Source: Carpediemonas membranifera BICM (Eukaryota > Protista > Fornicata). From it: a stretch of DNA of 64,000 bases. The notes under the pieces are model-generated. The model was not told the origin of the DNA, made no database searches, and worked only from the letters and a program-made list of their open reading frames with translations. Shown here in pieces: positions 57,616 to 64,000 of the stretch. The stretch covers positions 434,001-498,000 of the forward strand of contig JAHDYR010000012.1 of the NCBI GenBank assembly GCA_019828565.1, in the 5' to 3' direction. Position 1 is the stretch's first letter, and the number at the start of each line of letters is the position of its first letter. A program made the position numbers and the translations under genes.

Positions 57616-60321
57616 TTAGTGGTTGAGGCCATTAGCCTCAGCTTGACGGTGCGCAGCATCCGCCTGGCGCATGAACGCATGGAACACATGAACTTGCTGC
57701 CGCATACAGGCCATCATGACCGCGTCGGCAATCTGCCCAACAGTTTCGGCATCAAGGCCCAAAACGTCGCGCATCTCATCGGTCCATCCTCTCCCATGCA
57801 CAGCACCAACACCACCACTCTGGCGAACGACCACGGGAATAACCCGGACGTTCCAGTTGGCGTACTGCTCCTTCTTGCTCCGCATAGATGCAGACGCGTG
57901 ATTGCTCACCACTACGTCAAGCACAACGGGTTCGGTATGGCCCGGTCTGGTCAAGAGGAGGTCCGCCCGCGCCTTGACCCGTTTGGTCCGGTCCACAGTC
58001 CACTCGCTGCCCCGTCCGAGCCAATGCTCAACTCTTACGCGCCAGGGGTGCCCGCGCAGCAGTTTGGCGAGCGTGTCGCGAATTTGGTCGTGCCGCTCCG
58101 ATCCCAGCCCCTCCCTCAGGAAGGGACAGGTAAGAGAATGCTCGGCTGAGCAGGGGACAGACCGGTGGTTAACACTACGGGCCAGGCATAGCGGACAGAC
58201 GTCGTGGCCTGTCTCAAAGGCAGGAAGGCCGACATGGTTGCGAAGCATCGGTGCAGCACCCTCGTCACAGGGGTTACGACCCATAGCGGCTGGATCAGCC
58301 GCGAGTAGAGACCTGATCACGTTTGGCGAGTCGACTGAAACAGTCAGTTGGCTGGAAATGTTATCCTGCAGGAGGCGTACCAACTTCTTCTGCGTGCTCT
58401 CGAGTGAGAGCTTTCTGACATCGCCATATGATGTCGGCCAATCCTTGGGCGTCGCGGCGAGAGCCGGGATGCATGGCAGTGCGTCTTGGATGAGAGCCTC
58501 GGGCCTTTCGACCTTCAGCTCTATGAGTTGTCGTGCGGCACCCAGATAGGCTGGGGCCCACACAACAGAGGGCATGGCCAATCCGAGCCCGCCTTGACTG
58601 ACCGGCAGACAGAGCCTTGCGGCGAAGTCCTTGTCAGTCTCTGCGCTGGACTGGAGCAGCTTCAGGATGGCGGGGACCACCTTCTGCTGTTCGAAGTCCA
58701 GTTGCGACTCGAACATGTCACCCCCGCCCGGCGAAACATTGCGGAAGAAGTGCTCCCACTTGGTGAGGGCACACAGTTTCGTCACTAGGAGGGCAGGGGC
58801 GACGGCTTCCGCGCCAATGTCAGAGACCATCGATGCAGCAGCGTCAAGCAGCTCCATAACCTTGCGGTTAGCAGAGCCTAGCTCCCGCATGATGTGCGTG
58901 GCGGAGCCGATTGGAACACCAACCAGCTTGGTATCGCGTCTCCGTGGGACGCCACCAGTTGTGTTGCCGTCAACGACATCCTTATGGGCTAGCACGCACT
59001 TGGCACGGTTGAGGCGGAGGCCAACCTCGTTGAACTTCTGAGCGGCGAGTTCTGTGAGATTGTTGGCCTCACGGCCGACCCCAGGCGACTGTAGCGGGCG
59101 GGTAGTGGTGGCTACAATGTCATCCTGGTAGGCACGGATGCACCACCCAGGGAAAGCCTCGCGCAAGACGTCCAGAATGGGCTTAACGCCTAAGCTGAAA
59201 AGAATTGGCGAGAGCGGGTCCCCTTGGTGAATGCCTTCAGCCGACCTCATGGTGATGCCGGAGGTAGAGAAAAGTAAGCCCCGTCGGTACATGGTCGACA
59301 GGTATGGGATGAGCGCCGGCATGTAGGCCGCCACCACCTTCATGGCGAAGGCCCTCGACAAGCATCCATAGGCGTTGGAAAGGTCGAGTGTGAGCACTGT
59401 ACCGCCACTTCGGTAGACTGCACTCACCTCCTCTCCCAACCTCTCCAAGCCGCACTTCTCACCTACTCCGAACTGGTCCTTCAGGGCACGATCGACGTCA
59501 ACCAGCCGCTTACGGACGGACCAGGCGAGTGCCTTTGCCGCCACACGGCGAATAGAGTCGCCGATCGCGACCCCTCGGACCTTCCCTTCACCTTTCGGCA
59601 CAGGGACGAGAATGCAATGACTGAACACATCAGTGTAAGCTTCTCCGTTCAGGATGTCCTGAACCAGCGGGAGCAGAGCCTGGACTAGTTCGCGCCTTGA
59701 TGTCTTGTAGGCGATCTTCAGGTGAAGGAACGATAGCCCGGAGGGCCCCGGGGCCGCCTCAGACTTGAGTGTGTTGAGGATGGTCTTCAGAGTCTTAGAG
59801 GAAACTTCGACACACTGCAGGGGGTTCTCGGGGACGTCTCGCATGGGGACGTCGGGACAAAGCCCGTTGAACCCAACCTGGAGGTCCCGCAGTTGAGCGT
59901 CGATTTCAGTCGGTGTCAGGTCAGTCTCATTGGCTACCATGGACGTGGCGGCCTTCGAGACAAACCCGTGGCGAATCAGGTTCAGCGTCCGACGCCACTT
60001 GCTCGCGCTAGCGCGTCGTCCGCCTCGGTCCGACGGCGGTGCGTACAGCGTCTTGGGGTAGTCTACAACCTTAAGAGCCTCAGCCCGCTTGGCGTCGTCA
60101 CCTGTCGCGTTGTTCACCTCCCTCAATCGTTCAATAAGGCCTCGTGTGAACTTCTCGCGCCCGCGCTTGGGCGGAGCGATCTTTCCGAGGAACAAGGCCT
60201 GACCCGGGGAAGGAAGACATCGGGTCGATGAGCAGGGGTAGTGGGAGGTGCTGATGGCGGGGTTAGGGGAAACCAACCGCCGAAACGTGAGCTGCCGTGT
60301 CTGCCTGGACCTCTTCGTCAA
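57616..60321 (-). CDS. RT + CCHC + restriction-like endonuclease (copy 2); start unresolved
   Basis: 901-codon open frame with the same motifs as copy 1. Confidence 0.9.
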   Translation of the reverse strand: MTKRSRQTRQLTFRRLVSPNPAISTSHYPCSSTRCLPSPGQALFLGKIAPPKRGREKFTRGLIERLREVNNATGDDAKRAEALKVVDYPKTLYAPPSDRGGRRASASKWRRTLNLIRHGFVSKAATSMVANETDLTPTEIDAQLRDLQVGFNGLCPDVPMRDVPENPLQCVEVSSKTLKTILNTLKSEAAPGPSGLSFLHLKIAYKTSRRELVQALLPLVQDILNGEAYTDVFSHCILVPVPKGEGKVRGVAIGDSIRRVAAKALAWSVRKRLVDVDRALKDQFGVGEKCGLERLGEEVSAVYRSGGTVLTLDLSNAYGCLSRAFAMKVVAAYMPALIPYLSTMYRRGLLFSTSGITMRSAEGIHQGDPLSPILFSLGVKPILDVLREAFPGWCIRAYQDDIVATTTRPLQSPGVGREANNLTELAAQKFNEVGLRLNRAKCVLAHKDVVDGNTTGGVPRRRDTKLVGVPIGSATHIMRELGSANRKVMELLDAAASMVSDIGAEAVAPALLVTKLCALTKWEHFFRNVSPGGGDMFESQLDFEQQKVVPAILKLLQSSAETDKDFAARLCLPVSQGGLGLAMPSVVWAPAYLGAARQLIELKVERPEALIQDALPCIPALAATPKDWPTSYGDVRKLSLESTQKKLVRLLQDNISSQLTVSVDSPNVIRSLLAADPAAMGRNPCDEGAAPMLRNHVGLPAFETGHDVCPLCLARSVNHRSVPCSAEHSLTCPFLREGLGSERHDQIRDTLAKLLRGHPWRVRVEHWLGRGSEWTVDRTKRVKARADLLLTRPGHTEPVVLDVVVSNHASASMRSKKEQYANWNVRVIPVVVRQSGGVGAVHGRGWTDEMRDVLGLDAETVGQIADAVMMACMRQQVHVFHAFMRQADAAHRQAEANGLNH

Positions 60322-60835
60322 CAGGCTGCGATGACAGACCCTCGTCGTCCGTCGCGATCTCTACTGCAGAGGGAGGGACATTTGCAGCGGTCTCTGGACG
60401 CATAGCGTTGTCTCGTATCGTGCAGGCGATAATCGCAATGGACTTGGGGGCTGTGTTTGCAGAACGCAACGAAGTTGCCGTTGGCAGCGCCTGTGTGGTG
60501 ATGCTGTGGGCCTTAAGGAGGTCCTTGAAGCTGTCAGCAATCGCCTTCAGGGCTTTCACGGTAAAGCGTACGATGTGTTTGTTCTGGACGTCGCGCATGA
60601 GCTCGACAACCGCAGTTTCAGAGCACAATGTGTTGAACACCGTGTCCGTATCACACCACAGTCTGTCAATTAGGCTTATGTCGACGAACTTCGCGTAGGT
60701 GCTATGAACTTCGGTAAGAAGAGCACGAACATCCTCGGCGAAGACGCTTTCGCGCCATACGAGTCTCGTACGTCGTCGAGTCACCATCTGGCCTCCAGGA
60801 TCAGCCTGGGGCACAGAAAATGACGACATTTCCAT
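60263..60835 (-). CDS. ORF1 or N-terminal part of the non-LTR protein (copy 2)
   Basis: Identical to the copy 1 ORF1. Confidence 0.7.
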   Translation of the reverse strand: MEMSSFSVPQADPGGQMVTRRRTRLVWRESVFAEDVRALLTEVHSTYAKFVDISLIDRLWCDTDTVFNTLCSETAVVELMRDVQNKHIVRFTVKALKAIADSFKDLLKAHSITTQALPTATSLRSANTAPKSIAIIACTIRDNAMRPETAANVPPSAVEIATDDEGLSSQPVDEEVQADTAAHVSAVGFP

Positions 60836-60837
60836 TT

Positions 60838-60849
60838 CGGGAGGGAGCA
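60838..60849 (+). repeat. 12-bp copy of the tRNA-Thr 3' end (putative target-site duplication)
   Basis: CGGGAGGGAGCA, identical to 48181-48192. Confidence 0.9.
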
Positions 60850-63800
60850 TCGTTTATTGCCTTTTGGACGAACTGTATTGCGAGCGGCGAGGCGCAGCCG
60901 AGCTTCGCGAGCCTGAGCGCAGCGAAGACGTCACTCTAGTGGTCAGTATGTCGGGTTTGAGGCACTGCTCGCTCCGAAATCTCCCTTTCGACTCTCCACT
61001 CAGTCACAACGAACGCGAACGCGAATAACGCGCAGATCACGCTCAAAGTACAGAAACAACATCAGTATTAGTGGTTGAGGCCATTAGCCTCAGCTTGACG
61101 GTGCGCAGCATCCGCCTGGCGCATGAACGCATGGAACACATGAACTTGCTGCCGCATACAGGCCATCATGACCGCGTCGGCAATCTGCCCAACAGTTTCG
61201 GCATCAAGGCCCAAAACGTCGCGCATCTCATCGGTCCATCCTCTCCCATGCACAGCACCAACACCACCACTCTGGCGAACGACCACGGGAATAACCCGGA
61301 CGTTCCAGTTGGCGTACTGCTCCTTCTTGCTCCGCATAGATGCAGACGCGTGATTGCTCACCACTACGTCAAGCACAACGGGTTCGGTATGGCCCGGTCT
61401 GGTCAAGAGGAGGTCCGCCCGCGCCTTGACCCGTTTGGTCCGGTCCACAGTCCACTCGCTGCCCCGTCCGAGCCAATGCTCAACTCTTACGCGCCAGGGG
61501 TGCCCGCGCAGCAGTTTGGCGAGCGTGTCGCGAATTTGGTCGTGCCGCTCCGATCCCAGCCCCTCCCTCAGGAAGGGACAGGTAAGAGAATGCTCGGCTG
61601 AGCAGGGGGACAGACCGGTGGTTAACACTACGGGCCAGGCATAGCGGACAGACGTCGTGGCCTGTCTCCAAAGGCAGGAAGGCCGACATGGTTGCGAAGC
61701 ATCGGTGCAGCACCCTCGTCACAGGGGTTACGACCCATAGCGGCTGGATCAGCCGCGAGTAGAGACCTGATCACGTTTGGCGAGTCGACTGAAACAGTCA
61801 GTTGGCTGGAAATGTTATCCTGCAGGAGGCGTACCAACTTCTTCTGCGTGCTCTCGAGTGAGAGCTTTCTGACATCGCCATATGATGTCGGCCAATCCTT
61901 GGGCGTCGCGGCGAGAGCCGGGATGCATGGCAGTGCGTCTTGGATGAGAGCCTCGGGCCTTTCGACCTTCAGCTCTATGAGTTGTCGTGCGGCACCCAGA
62001 TAGGCTGGGGCCCACACAACAGAGGGCATGGCCAATCCGAGCCCGCCTTTGACTGACCGGCAGACAGAGCCTTGCGGCGAAGTCCTTGTCAGTCTCTGCG
62101 CTGGACTGGAGCAGCTTCAGGATGGCGGGGACCACCTTCTGCTGTTCGAAGTCCAGTTGCGACTCGAACATGTCACCCCCGCCCGGCGAAACATTGCGGA
62201 AGAAGTGCTCCCCACTTGGTGAGGGCACACAGTTTCGTCACTAGGAGGGCAGGGGCGACGGCTTCCGCGCCAATGTCAGAGACCATCGATGCAGCAGCGT
62301 CAAGCAGCTCCATAACCTTGCGGTTAGCAGAGCCTAGCTCCCGCATGATGTGCGTGGCGGAGCCGATTGGAACACCAACCAGCTTGGTATCGCGTCTCCG
62401 TGGGACGCCACCAGTTGTGTTGCCGTCAACGACATCCTTATGGGCTAGCACGCACTTGGCACGGTTGAGGCGGAGGCCAACCTCGTTGAACTTCTGAGCG
62501 GCGAGTTCTGTGAGATTGTTGGCCTCACGGCCGACCCCAGGCGACTGTAGCGGGCGGGTAGTGGTGGCTACGATGTCATCCTGGTAGGCACGGATGCACC
62601 ACCCAGGGAAAGCCTCGCGCAAGACGTCCAGAATGGGCTTAACGCCTAAGCTGAAAAAGAATTGGCGAGAGCGGGTCCCCCTTGGTGAATGCCTTCAGCC
62701 GACCTCATGGTGATGCCGGAGGTAGAGAAAAGTAAGCCCCGTCGGTACATGGTCGACAGGTATGGGATGAGCGCCGGCATGTAGGCCGCCACCACCTTCA
62801 TGGCGAAGGCCCTCGACAAGCATCCATAGGCGTTGGAAAGGTCGAGTGTGAGCACTGTACCGCCACTTCGGTAGACTGCACTCACCTCCTCTCCCAACCT
62901 CTCCAAGCCGCACTTCTCACCTACTCCGAACTGGTCCTTCAGGGCACGATCGACGTCAACCAGCCGCTTACGGACGGACCAGGCGAGTGCCTTTGCCGCC
63001 ACACGGCGAATAGAGTCGCCGATCGCGACCCCTCGGACCTTCCCTTCACCTTTCGGCACAGGGACGAGAATGCAATGACTGAACACATCAGTGTAAGCTT
63101 CTCCGTTCAGGATGTCCTGAACCAGCGGGAGCAGAGCCTGGACTAGTTCGCGCCTTGATGTCTTGTAGGCGATCTTCAGGTGAAGGAACGATAGCCCGGA
63201 GGGCCCCGGGGCCGCCTCAGACTTGAGTGTGTTGAGGATGGTCTTCAGAGTCTTAGAGGAAACTTCGACACACTGCAGGGGGTTCTCGGGGACGTCTCGC
63301 ATGGGGACGTCGGGACAAAGCCCGTTGAACCCAACCTGGAGGTCCCGCAGTTGAGCGTCGATTTCAGTCGGTGTCAGGTCAGTCTCATTGGCTACCATGG
63401 ACGTGGCGGCCTTCGAGACAAAACCCGTGGCGAATCAGGTTCAGCGTCCGACGCCACTTGCTCGCGCTAGCGCGTCGTCCACCTCGGTCCGACGGCGGTG
63501 CGTACAGCGTCTTGGGGTAGTCTACAACCTTAAGAGCCTCAGCCCGCTTGGCGTCGTCACCTGTCGCGTTGTTCACCTCCCTCAATCGTTCAATAAGGCC
63601 TCGTGTGAACTTCTCGCGCCCGCGCTTGGGCGGAGCGATCTTTCCGAGGAACAAGGCCTGACCCGGGGAAGGAAGACATCGGGTCGATGAGCAGGGGTAG
63701 TGGGAGGTGCTGATGGCGGGGTTAGGGGGAAACCAACCGCCGAAACGTGAGCTGCCGTGTCTGCCTGGACCTCTTCGTCAACAGGCTGCGATGACAGACC

Positions 63801-64000
63801 CTCGTCGTCCGTCGCGATCTCTACTGCAGAGGGAGGGACATTTGCAGCGGTCTCTGGACGCATAGCGTTGTCTCGTATCGTGCAGGCGATAATCGCAATG
63901 GACTTGGGGGCTGTGTTTGCAGAACGCAACGAAGTTGCCGTTGGCAGCGCCTGTGTGGTGATGCTGTGGGCCTTAAGGAGGTCCTTGAAGCTGTCAGCAA
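60850..64000 (-). mobile_element. Subfamily B RLE non-LTR retrotransposon, copy 3; 5' end outside the window, many 1-nt homopolymer insertions
   Basis: Near-identical to copies 1-2, with the frame broken at several homopolymers. Confidence 0.93.
60880..60927. repeat. Invariant 48-nt motif (subfamily B copy 3)
   Basis: Identical to 48224-48271. Confidence 0.92.

Larger units (their letters stand above)
57398..60837 (-). mobile_element. Subfamily B RLE non-LTR retrotransposon, copy 2 (full length, 3440 bp)
   Basis: Near-identical to copy 1 with a period of 3452-3453 bp; flanked on both sides by CGGGAGGGAGCA. Confidence 0.95.

Noticed and set aside
48224-60927. Recurring 48-nt repeat as a CRISPR-like array
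   Set aside because: The period is about 3.45 kb, the intervening DNA is retrotransposon, the context is eukaryotic and there are no cas genes.
60850-64000. Copy 3 as a genuinely decayed pseudogene
   Set aside because: Nearly all lesions are +1 insertions in homopolymers with very few substitutions, typical of unpolished long-read error. It cannot be called a pseudogene.

Overview
Gene-dense, GC-rich eukaryotic (protist) DNA. It has very short intergenic spacers and tiny 29-44 nt GT-AG introns whose branch point abuts the 3' splice site (CTCAC-ACAG type). This style suggests a free-living fornicate or metamonad such as a Carpediemonas-like organism (inference). Positions 1-47.3 kb hold about 23 protein genes: PH+C2 protein, WD40 proteins, PocR hybrid histidine kinase, LPCAT-type acyltransferase, FKBP15-like, aminotransferase, TmcB-like, DCAF12-like, nitroreductase, FKBP12 with a 6-nt micro-exon, RhoGEF-Kelch, RCC1-like, DDX6, Spec3-like, RPL37, UPF1, TYW1 and others. 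A decayed Fanzor1 (TnpB-like) element bracketed by a 34-bp direct repeat lies at about 24.8-26.9 kb. From 48.1 kb to the end, a tRNA-Thr(AGT) gene is followed directly by a head-to-tail array of RLE-type (CRE-like) non-LTR retrotransposons. Every junction in the array repeats the last 12 bp of that tRNA (CGGGAGGGAGCA), which points to a tRNA-3'-end-targeting element. A complete Ngaro-like tyrosine-recombinase retrotransposon is nested inside a 48-nt motif that two diverged non-LTR subfamilies share identically.
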